Source of the DNA: an uncultured Verrucomicrobiae bacterium | GTDB taxonomy: Bacteria > Verrucomicrobiota > Verrucomicrobiia > Limisphaerales > UBA11358 | Assembly: GCA_963845665.1 (NCBI GenBank) | Contig: CAWJTA010000004.1 | Location: forward strand, 64,428-128,427 | Length of the DNA: 64,000 bases | Reading direction: 5' to 3' | Part shown: piece after piece, positions 20,662-29,309 of the stretch | Layout: each line of letters begins with the position of its first letter | Position numbering within the stretch: position 1 is the stretch's first letter | Translations under genes and position numbers: made by a program | Notes under the pieces: generated by a model | The model's database searches: none | Seen by the model: only the letters and a program-made list of their open reading frames with translations | Told to the model about the DNA's origin: nothing

Positions 20662-21693
20662 TCATTCGATATTTCCCTCGCTTAGATCTTCGGAGGCGAG
20701 GGCGCGCCATTCCTCAGCAAACGGGTCGGGGGTGGGTTCGCGCTGCGCCTGCGCCACGGCTGCCTCAATTTCATGGGCAATCTCTTCCTTCATATTGGCA
20801 AGCTGAGATTCATCGATCCATTGTTTTTGCGTCAAAAATTCCTGCGCCACCTTCAGACAGTCGCGCCCCAGCGGGGATTTTTTCAACTCGGGATCCACGT
20901 AATCGGCCACGTCGTGCTCGCCGTGCCCGCACAGGCGCAGTAAACTTGCAATAATCAATTGAGGACCGCTCCCATGCCGAGCGCGTGACACTGCATCGCC
21001 CAGGACTTTGATACAGGCCGAAAAATCCGTGCCGTCAACCGCATGGACATCCACGCCATAGCCCACGGCCTTATGGGTCAGGCTTTCGCACGCAAATTGC
21101 CGGGAAGTGGGTGTGGAATAGGCGTATTGGTTATCGGCGACAACCAGGATGAGCGGCAATTTTTCAACGGCAGCCTGGTTGAGCGATTCGTGGAACGCGC
21201 CGGTCGAAGTGGCTCCATCGCCAATGACCGCCGCGCCGACGGTCCCGAATTTCTTCCGGAATCGGCGCGCCAGCAAAATGCCGTTCACTACGGAAATCAT
21301 TGCGCCCAAATGGCTGATCATAGGGAGCAGTCCTTCGGCCACGTTTCCGCGATGAACGTTGCCGTCGCGCCCGCGCATGGGACCGTGGGTCGAGCCTAAA
21401 AACGTTCGCACCGCATCCAGAATCGTTTCGCCAAATGCAAGGCGTCCGGCGCCATCGCGAATCAGTGGCGCGAAAACATCGCCCTTTTGAAGGGAAATTC
21501 CAATGGCTGCGCTCAGACCCTCCTGTCCGCGGCCAAGATAGACGCCGCCGTGGATTTTCCCGGCTCGAAATAGGGCGGCCAGTTTATCGTCCAACGCCCT
21601 GGCCATCAGCATATAACGAAACGCGGACAAATGAATGTCGCGCGCGGATTTTGTAACCTGAGACGGCTTTGTCTCCAGCGCCGTTTGAAGCAT
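20662..21693 (-). CDS. 2-oxoacid dehydrogenase E1 alpha subunit
   Basis: TPP motif GDGA-x24-NQY, GQE, VDG.D, GHGEHD. Confidence 0.92.
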   Translation of the reverse strand: MLQTALETKPSQVTKSARDIHLSAFRYMLMARALDDKLAALFRAGKIHGGVYLGRGQEGLSAAIGISLQKGDVFAPLIRDGAGRLAFGETILDAVRTFLGSTHGPMRGRDGNVHRGNVAEGLLPMISHLGAMISVVNGILLARRFRKKFGTVGAAVIGDGATSTGAFHESLNQAAVEKLPLILVVADNQYAYSTPTSRQFACESLTHKAVGYGVDVHAVDGTDFSACIKVLGDAVSRARHGSGPQLIIASLLRLCGHGEHDVADYVDPELKKSPLGRDCLKVAQEFLTQKQWIDESQLANMKEEIAHEIEAAVAQAQREPTPDPFAEEWRALASEDLSEGNIE

Positions 21694-21783
21694 GACGAAA
21701 GTTTATCCTCAAAGTGCCCTATCAGCAATACCTAACAGGGAGGGCAATAGTCGCCTGTTCGGACGGCCAGACCGGGTTCCGGC

Positions 21784-22641
21784 TCAATGGGCAAGTTGTT
21801 CGGGTGTTTTTACCAGCGGGACTTCGTTCGACTCGACTCGACGCACGCCGCCCCGAACAATGATGTTGCCGTCGTTGTCCTCGCCCAAACGCGGGCGCGT
21901 GGTGATATAATCGTAAACGTCCCGCTCGACCACTTTGCCGTCCGTGCCAATCACGGAGTAGGTAAAGGCCGTCGCGCCACTTTGGCAGAGCACATGCAAT
22001 CTGCTGGCGCGGTCCAATTGCGCTTCCGGCTGGCTGAAGGATATCATTGGCGCTATCGCTCGCACTTTCAGAACCGTGCCGTCGCTTTCGTCGCTAACCT
22101 GGACGTACAGGCGCAGCTGGTCCTTGAGATAGTTTGCCTCCATCAACGTGTATTTGCGCACGCGCGGGGGCTGGTCGGGCATCTCAGGGTCCGGCACGCC
22201 AAAGGACTGCGACCACATTTGCGACCCTTGAATGACATCAAAACTTGAGGCCGGACTGCCGACGTCCACGTTCCACGCGGCGATGTGGACGTTGGCGGTC
22301 ACGCGGTAAGTCCCGGTGCGCTGTAAATTGAAATAAGGCCCAAGGTTTACCTGCTTGATCGCCACTTCCGAATTATCCAAATCAAAAAAGCCCTTAACCG
22401 GGGGGGCCGATTTCCTCACAACGACCGTGCCATCACTGGATTGTACGAAAAACGACAGCCAGTTCGAATCACCCAAATGCAGCAATTGGCCCGAGTGGTT
22501 GGTGACATGCACGGTGACCACCAAATCTTCGCCCGGCAGAAACTGCCCCTGGTCCAAAGTCATCTCCACAGTTACTTGCGCCGAAGCCTCGAAGGCAAAC
22601 ATCGCCAGCCCGAGGCAAAAAATGCGAAACAGGAATTTCAT
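21784..22641 (-). CDS. Secreted hypothetical protein (beta-rich)
   Basis: Signal peptide MKFLFRIFCLGLAMFAFEASA; only the 3' part of the 636-aa track ORF is credible. Confidence 0.7.
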   Translation of the reverse strand: MKFLFRIFCLGLAMFAFEASAQVTVEMTLDQGQFLPGEDLVVTVHVTNHSGQLLHLGDSNWLSFFVQSSDGTVVVRKSAPPVKGFFDLDNSEVAIKQVNLGPYFNLQRTGTYRVTANVHIAAWNVDVGSPASSFDVIQGSQMWSQSFGVPDPEMPDQPPRVRKYTLMEANYLKDQLRLYVQVSDESDGTVLKVRAIAPMISFSQPEAQLDRASRLHVLCQSGATAFTYSVIGTDGKVVERDVYDYITTRPRLGEDNDGNIIVRGGVRRVESNEVPLVKTPEQLAH

Positions 22642-22813
22642 CGAGAGCATCATTCTAAATGCGCTGTCTCGAACCGCAACATAAATTCTTGTGTTCATTA
22701 ATCCACCAATCTGTCTTGCGGTGATGGCTGGGCACATCCTGACATGCGATGCGTTATGGCAGGTGGCGCTGGCACCGGCGCAACGAGTGTGGTTGGACGC
22801 CGTACCGCGAAAA

Positions 22814-22860
22814 TTCCGCCCGCTGTACGGGCGGTGACGGCGCAGCGCGCCGTCCCTACC
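22814..22860 (-). repeat. REP-like double hairpin, copy A
   Basis: GGTAGGGACGGCGCGCTGCGCCGTCACCGCCCGTACAGCGGGCGGAA; 44/47 identical to 46117-46163. Confidence 0.85.
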
Positions 22861-22908
22861 CCCCAACTTCTGCTTTAATTCTTCGCCGGAAAAACATATT
22901 CTGTCAGA

Positions 22909-23784
22909 ATGAAAGGCATCATCCTTGCCGGCGGTTCCGGGTCGCGGCTGTATCCGCTTACGCTCGTCGCCAGCAAACAGCTTCAACCCGTCTATGATAA
23001 ACCAATGGTTTATTACGCCCTCACGGCGCTCATCGAAGGGGGCATTCGCGAGCTTTGCCTTATTTCCACGCCGCATGATTTGCCGCGGTTCAAGCAGTTG
23101 CTGGGCGACGGCTCGCGCTTTGGAATCTCCATCGGCTATCGCGAACAGCCCAAACCCGAAGGCATTGCCCAGGCCTTTCTCATCGCGGAAAGTTTTATCG
23201 GCAGGGACAATGTCACGTTGATCCTGGGCGACAATATTTTTAACGGCGGCGATTCTTTTTACCGCGTGCTCGGAGAGTTCAAATCCGGCGCGACGATCTT
23301 CGGCTACCACGTCAATGACCCGGAACGTTACGGCGTTGTCGAGTTTAACGATGGCAAGGCCATTTCCATCGAGGAAAAGCCAAAACAGCCCAAGAGCAGT
23401 TACGCCGTGCCCGGAATTTATGTTTATGACAACGACGTGATTGGCATCGCAAAAAATTTGAAGCCGTCCGCGCGCGGAGAGCTGGAAATCACGGACGTGA
23501 ATGTCGCGTATCTGCGCCGTGGCGATCTCAGCGTCCATCGGCTCAACCGTGGTTTTGCCTGGCTGGATGCCGGCACGAGCAGCAGTCTGCACGACGCCAG
23601 CGCATATGTGCAAACGATCGAAAAACGAACGGGAATCAAAATAGGCTGTCCGGAGGAAGCGGCGTTTCGACACGGATTTTTGTCCCTGGAACAACTCGAA
23701 AAACTCGCCGGTGAAATGCCGCGCTGTGAATATCGCGATTACCTGTGCGAAGTGGTCGCCGAAGCAAAACGACTAAAACAATGA
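22909..23784 (+). CDS. rmlA: Glucose-1-phosphate thymidylyltransferase
   Basis: [41 protein letters not shown]. Confidence 0.96.
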   Translation: MKGIILAGGSGSRLYPLTLVASKQLQPVYDKPMVYYALTALIEGGIRELCLISTPHDLPRFKQLLGDGSRFGISIGYREQPKPEGIAQAFLIAESFIGRDNVTLILGDNIFNGGDSFYRVLGEFKSGATIFGYHVNDPERYGVVEFNDGKAISIEEKPKQPKSSYAVPGIYVYDNDVIGIAKNLKPSARGELEITDVNVAYLRRGDLSVHRLNRGFAWLDAGTSSSLHDASAYVQTIEKRTGIKIGCPEEAAFRHGFLSLEQLEKLAGEMPRCEYRDYLCEVVAEAKRLKQ

Positions 23785-24731
23785 TTCTCTTACTTGGCGC
23801 ATCAGGCTATATCGGAACCGCTTTTGCGGAAGAATTGCAGCGGCGCAAGCGCGACTTTGTGTCGGTCTCACGGGGACGGTTGGACTATAGCCGATTCGAT
23901 GTGCTGATCGAATTTCTAACGTCAAAGAAACCGGAATTTGTCATCAACGCCGCCGGTTACACCGGCAAGCCAAACGTGGACGCCTGCGAAAACGCAAAGG
24001 CCGACACCCTGGCCGGCAATACGCTGCTGCCGCAAACCATCGCGCACGCGTGCGCGGCGGCCGGCATCCCGTGGGGCCACGTTTCCAGCGGCTGTATTTT
24101 TAGCGGAGCAAAAATAGTCGAAGACGGCCGTGTCACGACGGAAAAAGACATGACCAAACCCGAGGCGCGCGCCGTGTTGGAAAAATCGCCGGATAAGATC
24201 CGGGGTTTCATCGAAACAGACGTGCCCAATTTTTCCTTCCGCGATTTGCCGTGCAGCTTCTACAGCGGCACAAAGGCGCTGGCGGAGGAAGGAATTTCCG
24301 GGGTGGGGCGCAGTTATATTTGGCGTTTGCGGATTCCCTTTGATGAATTTGACAACGCGCGAAATTATTTGAGCAAACTCCAGCGTTACCCAAAGGTTTA
24401 CGACAACGTGAATTCCATATCCCATCGGGCCGATTTCGTCCGGGCCTGTTTGGATCTCTGGGATAAGCGCGCGCCGTTTGGCACCTACAATGTGACCAAT
24501 CAGGGGTTTATCACCAGCCGTCAAGTGATAGAACGGGTCGAGAAGATCCTCAAACCGGGCCGGAAGTTTGAGTTTTGGAAGGATGACAACGAGTTTTACG
24601 GGCAGGCTGCGAAAACGCCGCGCTCCAACTGTGTGATGGATGTGTCGAAACTTTTGGCCGCGGGCGTGAAGATGCGCGACGTGCACGAAGCGCTGGAGGA
24701 TTCGCTGACAAAATGGAAATCAGAAAAATGA
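23781..24731 (+). CDS. NDP-4-keto-6-deoxyglucose reductase of the NRS/ER (3,5-epimerase/4-reductase) type
   Basis: [45 protein letters not shown]; ATGA overlaps with both neighbours. Confidence 0.75.
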   Translation: MILLLGASGYIGTAFAEELQRRKRDFVSVSRGRLDYSRFDVLIEFLTSKKPEFVINAAGYTGKPNVDACENAKADTLAGNTLLPQTIAHACAAAGIPWGHVSSGCIFSGAKIVEDGRVTTEKDMTKPEARAVLEKSPDKIRGFIETDVPNFSFRDLPCSFYSGTKALAEEGISGVGRSYIWRLRIPFDEFDNARNYLSKLQRYPKVYDNVNSISHRADFVRACLDLWDKRAPFGTYNVTNQGFITSRQVIERVEKILKPGRKFEFWKDDNEFYGQAAKTPRSNCVMDVSKLLAAGVKMRDVHEALEDSLTKWKSEK

Positions 24732-25744
24732 ATCTTCTCATCACAGGCGGCGCGGGTTTCATCGGCTCAAATGTCATTCACCATGTGATTGACCGTCCCG
24801 AAGTCAGGAAACTCGTCAATCTCGATTGCCTTACTTACGCCGGCCATCTGGGAAATCTAGCGAAAATCTCGAACCATCCAAAATATGTTTTCGAAAAAGT
24901 GGATTTACGCGACAAAACTGAAACGCTTCGCGTGGTGCGGCAGCACGAAATTACCCATGTCATGCACCTGGCGGCCGAATCGCACGTGGACCGTTCCATC
25001 TCCGGGCCGGGGGATTTTATCCATACGAATGTGAACGGCACGTTCCATCTGCTGGAGGCCTGCCGTGCCTGCTGGCCCAACAGCGGCCCATCGGTGCGAT
25101 TTCATCACGTTTCGACCGATGAAGTCTTTGGATCGCTCGGGCCGACTGGATTTTTTACCGAGACGACGCCGTACGCGCCAAATTCGCCCTATTCGGCGAG
25201 CAAAGCCGCCAGCGACATGCTCGTGCGCGCCTACCATCATACTTACGGCCTGCCGACGGTTATCACGAATTGCTCGAACAATTACGGCCCCTATCAATTC
25301 CCTGAAAAATTGATCCCAGTGGTGATTCAAAGCGCGCTGGGACGCAAGCCGATTCCTGTCTATGGCGACGGCATGAACGTTCGAGACTGGCTCTATGTGC
25401 GCGACCATGCGGAAGCGCTTTGGGCCGTATTGGCCCGGGGAGAAACCGGCGAGACCTATAACATTGGCGGCCGAAACGAATGGCCGAACATTCGCATCGT
25501 CGAGACCATTTGCGATTTGATTGACGAACTCAAACCGGCGGCCGGCGGCCAGACCCGAAAATTGATTCAGTTTGTCAAAGACCGTCCCGGGCACGATCGC
25601 CGTTACGCCATCGACGCCTCTAAAATTGAACATGACTTGGGATGGACGCCCGCGCATAAATTCGAAGACGGAATCCGCGAAACGGTGCGGTGGTATATAG
25701 AGAATCAGTCATGGGTCCAGGCAGTGCTGGCGGAGAAAAAGTAA
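24728..25744 (+). CDS. rmlB: dTDP-glucose 4,6-dehydratase
   Basis: [48 protein letters not shown]. Confidence 0.96.
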   Translation: MNLLITGGAGFIGSNVIHHVIDRPEVRKLVNLDCLTYAGHLGNLAKISNHPKYVFEKVDLRDKTETLRVVRQHEITHVMHLAAESHVDRSISGPGDFIHTNVNGTFHLLEACRACWPNSGPSVRFHHVSTDEVFGSLGPTGFFTETTPYAPNSPYSASKAASDMLVRAYHHTYGLPTVITNCSNNYGPYQFPEKLIPVVIQSALGRKPIPVYGDGMNVRDWLYVRDHAEALWAVLARGETGETYNIGGRNEWPNIRIVETICDLIDELKPAAGGQTRKLIQFVKDRPGHDRRYAIDASKIEHDLGWTPAHKFEDGIRETVRWYIENQSWVQAVLAEKK

Positions 25745-25839
25745 TGGACGAGGGCATCCGACGGTCAAAACACATTGATATTTGTTGTTACCTGTTTTAC
25801 AGTGAGGCAAACCGTTAGGATGCAGGCTTCTGCAAGACG

Positions 25840-27198
25840 ATGAACCGGTTATTTAAAATTGCGGCGATTGTATGTTTGTCTGTGGCCGTGAGCATGGGCG
25901 CTTATGCGCAGACCAACGTGCTGGTCTGGCACAAGGGCGCCGGCACGGTGGACGCCAGCGTAGACCATGAAGCCCTCCTGCCGTTGCTCACGAGCATCGC
26001 CGTTCAGACGGGCTGGCATATTTATGTGGAACCGGGTTCCACTCTGGACGCCTCCACTCAGTTCAAAAATGTTCCTTCCGGCGACGCCCTTAAAATGTTG
26101 CTTGGGGATTTGAATTTCGCCCTGGTTCCCAAATCAAATTCGCCGTGGCAACTCTATGTTTTTCGGACCACGATGAAAAACGCGACGCATCTGGTCAGCT
26201 CGGAAAAGCCGAAGCATGTCGCGAATGAATTGCTGGTGAAAGTGAAACCGGGAACGGACATTAACGCGCTTGCGAAAATGCTGGGTGCGAAAGTAACCGG
26301 GCAGCTGGATAAATACGGTCTTTATCGCTTGCAATTTACTGATGAAAACGCGACGGCCAACGCGCTGGCCCAACTTCAGACGGATAGTGACGTTCAATCT
26401 GTGGGTTACGACAATTACTACGACCCGCCGCCAACGCCTCAGGCCGTTGCTTCGTCCGGCGCTCCCTCGATGCCTTTGACACTCAGCCCGCCGCCGGCTT
26501 CGGGAAAAGTCGTTGTCGGTTTGGTCGATACGGCCGTCGACCCGCAATCGCTTGGCGCGGGTGCCTCTCAATTTCTCCTCCCGGGTGTGAATGTCGCCGG
26601 TGGAACGGAAACCGATTCCGGCCCGACACACGGCGATGCCATGGCATCGCTGGTATTGCAGGCGATTGCCAATACAACCGGCAGTCAACAAACCTCGGTG
26701 CAAATCCAGCCATTCGACGTTTATGCATCCGGAGAACAGACAACGACATGGGACGTGATGCAAGGCTTTACGGATGCGGTCAATGCCGGGGATAATCCAA
26801 TCAATCTAAGTTTGGGAGCGCAGCAGGATGACCCGACTTTGGACGCCCTCATCAATCAGTCTAAGCAGGATGGTATTACCGTATTTGCCGCTGCAGGCAA
26901 TACTCCGACGGACAGTCCTTATTACCCTGCGGCGGCTTCGGGCGCTATTGCTGTCACTGCTTTGGGCCAGTCTGGTCAGCTTGCATCCTACGCAAATTAC
27001 TGGAATGACCCGACCATGATTGCACTGCCAGGTACCGGGGTATTCGGTTATGACGGCCAAAATTGGGAAGTTGAAGGAACCTCAGGAGCGACGGCACTGG
27101 CATCGGGCATATTCGCGGGAAATTCTGCTTCGAAAGGCTGGCCGTCCCAGCAAATTCTCTCCGCAATGATGGGCAGGTTCCCTGTGCCGGGTAAATAA
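25840..27198 (+). CDS. Secreted subtilisin-like S8 peptidase with an extra N-terminal domain and a propeptide
   Basis: Signal peptide; triad D (GLVDTAV), H (THGDAMA), S (GTSGA); oxyanion AAAGN. Confidence 0.8.
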   Translation: MNRLFKIAAIVCLSVAVSMGAYAQTNVLVWHKGAGTVDASVDHEALLPLLTSIAVQTGWHIYVEPGSTLDASTQFKNVPSGDALKMLLGDLNFALVPKSNSPWQLYVFRTTMKNATHLVSSEKPKHVANELLVKVKPGTDINALAKMLGAKVTGQLDKYGLYRLQFTDENATANALAQLQTDSDVQSVGYDNYYDPPPTPQAVASSGAPSMPLTLSPPPASGKVVVGLVDTAVDPQSLGAGASQFLLPGVNVAGGTETDSGPTHGDAMASLVLQAIANTTGSQQTSVQIQPFDVYASGEQTTTWDVMQGFTDAVNAGDNPINLSLGAQQDDPTLDALINQSKQDGITVFAAAGNTPTDSPYYPAAASGAIAVTALGQSGQLASYANYWNDPTMIALPGTGVFGYDGQNWEVEGTSGATALASGIFAGNSASKGWPSQQILSAMMGRFPVPGK

Positions 27199-27208
27199 CC
27201 GGACGGTT

Positions 27209-27364
27209 TTAGTGCGTCATGCAGCCGAGCTTGCCAAAGGCCACGACGTACACGATTAAGGCAATGATGAGAAATAATGGCTTTCCCGAAACGATCAGCA
27301 GGATTCCCGCGCCCAGAATCGCGGCCATGAGCAAATAAACCAAAATTGCCAATGCAAACTTCAT
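27209..27364 (-). CDS. Small two-TM membrane protein
   Basis: 51 aa, two hydrophobic helices from MKFALAIL. Confidence 0.55.
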   Translation of the reverse strand: MKFALAILVYLLMAAILGAGILLIVSGKPLFLIIALIVYVVAFGKLGCMTH

Positions 27365-27444
27365 AGGCGAAATTCTAAGCCTTCTTTCCGCGAATGCAAG
27401 CAAGCTCTAAAGTTGGCAGGTCTTAATTCCGACGCCACGATCCT

Positions 27445-27520
27445 GTAGCGGCAGGCGTCTCGCCTGCCGGTTAAGGCACCGTCCCGGTGCCAGTCTCGAG
27501 ACCGCTATGGCGCTCCCGAA
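27445..27520. repeat. REP-like hairpin cluster
   Basis: GTAGCGGCAGGCGTCTCGCCTGCCG followed by GGCACCGTCCCGGTGCC hairpin, downstream of uppS. Confidence 0.6.
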
Positions 27521-27526
27521 TTAACC

Positions 27527-28261
27527 CTAAATCCCGCCGAACCTCCGGTGCCGACGCGCGTATTCTTCCAAAGCGGAATGGAATTGTGGTTTGCGAAAAT
27601 CAGGCCAAAGGGTCTGCGTGATGACCAATTCCGCGTACGAGATTTGCCAGAGCAAAAAATTGCTCACGCGCATTTCGCCGCTCGTACGAATGAGCAAGTC
27701 CGGGTCGGGGATGTTTCGCGTCCAGAGATGGTCGGAGATGACCTTTTCCGTAATGTCCGCGTTTTCCAATTGGCCGCGCCGCACTTTTTCGGCAATGGCG
27801 CGCACGGCGTCCACGATTTCTATTCGGCTGCCGTAACTTAACGCCATCACCAGAGTCAATCCGTTGTTTTTGGACAATGTGGCGATGGATTTTTTGAGGT
27901 GTTCCTGGACATTTTCGGGCAAACGCCAAATCTGGCCTATGACTTCAAGCTGCACATTGTTTTTATTCAGTTCCGGAGTTTCTGATTTGAGGTAATGGAC
28001 CAGGTATTTCATCAACGCGTCCACTTCCTCCTTTGGCCGGTTCCAATTCTCCGCTGAAAACGCGTAGAGGGTAAGGTATTTGATTCCCAGCTCCCCGGCG
28101 GCGCGAATGATGGCCCGGGCTGATTCGGCGCCCACGCGATGGCCTTCGATGCGCGGCAGACCGTGCAGTTTCGCCCAGCGGCCATTGCCGTCCATGATCA
28201 CGGCCACATGCTGCGGCAGCGATGCTTTGGCCTCTGCGCTGAGGTGCGGGGCGGAACTCAT
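27527..28261 (-). CDS. uppS: Undecaprenyl diphosphate synthase (cis-isoprenyl transferase)
   Basis: HVAVIMDGNGRWA, GH, FSAENW.RP, DLLIRTSGE.RVSNFLLWQ. Confidence 0.96.
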   Translation of the reverse strand: MSSAPHLSAEAKASLPQHVAVIMDGNGRWAKLHGLPRIEGHRVGAESARAIIRAAGELGIKYLTLYAFSAENWNRPKEEVDALMKYLVHYLKSETPELNKNNVQLEVIGQIWRLPENVQEHLKKSIATLSKNNGLTLVMALSYGSRIEIVDAVRAIAEKVRRGQLENADITEKVISDHLWTRNIPDPDLLIRTSGEMRVSNFLLWQISYAELVITQTLWPDFRKPQFHSALEEYARRHRRFGGI

Positions 28262-28290
28262 TCGGCCATGTTAAGCCAATCCAGCTGATT

Positions 28291-29043
28291 TCAAAGGTGA
28301 AAGAATCTCCGGTTCCATTCCGGCATGGCGTATTTGCCGCGCGCGAGGGCCGAAATGCCGGCCAGCGGGGGCGTTTGCAGGGGTGCACCCGCATTCCAGA
28401 TTTTTATCATGGCCTCCTTCACGGCAGATGCCGGCAAGTTCAGGTTCATCAAAAAATCTGTGTGACGGCGGCTTTGGCGATACTCCGGCTGGCGTGAGGG
28501 AAACGTTAAATATTTTCCGATGAGTTCCAGATCAAAGTTCAATAGAAATGTCCCATGAAAAAGCAAAAAGGCCTTGTGCCGCCGCTGCGAATTGCCAGAG
28601 AACTTTCGAAAGACGGACAATAAAGGATTGGCGGCAGCCAGGTCTGTATGGCCCTGCACTTTTACCAGAAGCGAATCGCTGACGATAGACTGAATCGCCT
28701 CACGATTCCGGTCCATGATGTATTTATTTGCGCCGGAAATTTCGGAAAGGGAGGAATTTTCCACCATTTGCAAAATCAGGGAATAGTTCAAACAACCAGT
28801 CCCCTGCAAAACCGTTCCGCCGCCCGAACAACGGCGAAAAATGGGAATATTTTGCGCCTCACACTGTGCCACATTCACTTCGGCCTGGATCTTATTGGCG
28901 TATCCAACGACGACAAACGGTTCGGATGATTCCCAAAAGCGCAGAATGCCAGTTCCGCCGTTCTCTTCACGCCAGTCGAGCAGGGCTTCATCGCAGGCCA
29001 GATTCTCCGCCGGTGTCGGGAAACTCAAATCAATAAATTCCAT
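28291..29043 (-). CDS. Lipoate-protein ligase / octanoyltransferase family (catalytic domain only)
   Basis: NLACDEALL, RRCSGGGTV, KFSGNSQRR, HGTFL. Confidence 0.85.
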   Translation of the reverse strand: MEFIDLSFPTPAENLACDEALLDWREENGGTGILRFWESSEPFVVVGYANKIQAEVNVAQCEAQNIPIFRRCSGGGTVLQGTGCLNYSLILQMVENSSLSEISGANKYIMDRNREAIQSIVSDSLLVKVQGHTDLAAANPLLSVFRKFSGNSQRRHKAFLLFHGTFLLNFDLELIGKYLTFPSRQPEYRQSRRHTDFLMNLNLPASAVKEAMIKIWNAGAPLQTPPLAGISALARGKYAMPEWNRRFFHL

Positions 29044-29262
29044 GGTCTGAAAAGGTGGGGATGCGACGGCGCTGCGCGGGCGTCCTCGCCGCCAGTTCCC
29101 AAACAGATGCCGGGAAGGCGTCCGAACCCGCAGCCGGGGGACGGTTTGTGCCTCTTTCACAATTCATAGACAACGATATATACGCAACATTGCTTCAATT
29201 TTTCAACGTTTCAACGCATTTACGGTTCAACATTTCACTAGCGCAGACTGCGGAAGTTAAGC

Positions 29263-29268
29263 TATAAT
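29263..29268 (+). promoter_or_regulatory. Possible -10 element upstream of aceE
   Basis: Perfect TATAAT 42 nt before the aceE GTG; no convincing -35. Confidence 0.3.
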
Positions 29269-29309
29269 TCTTTCGCGTTTTCAGGCACATTGTGGAAAAT
29301 TGAATCAAA

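Noticed and set aside
21784-23694. 636-aa minus-strand ORF as a single gene
   Set aside because: Its 5' half is antisense to rmlA and crosses a REP element; a signal peptide begins at 22641
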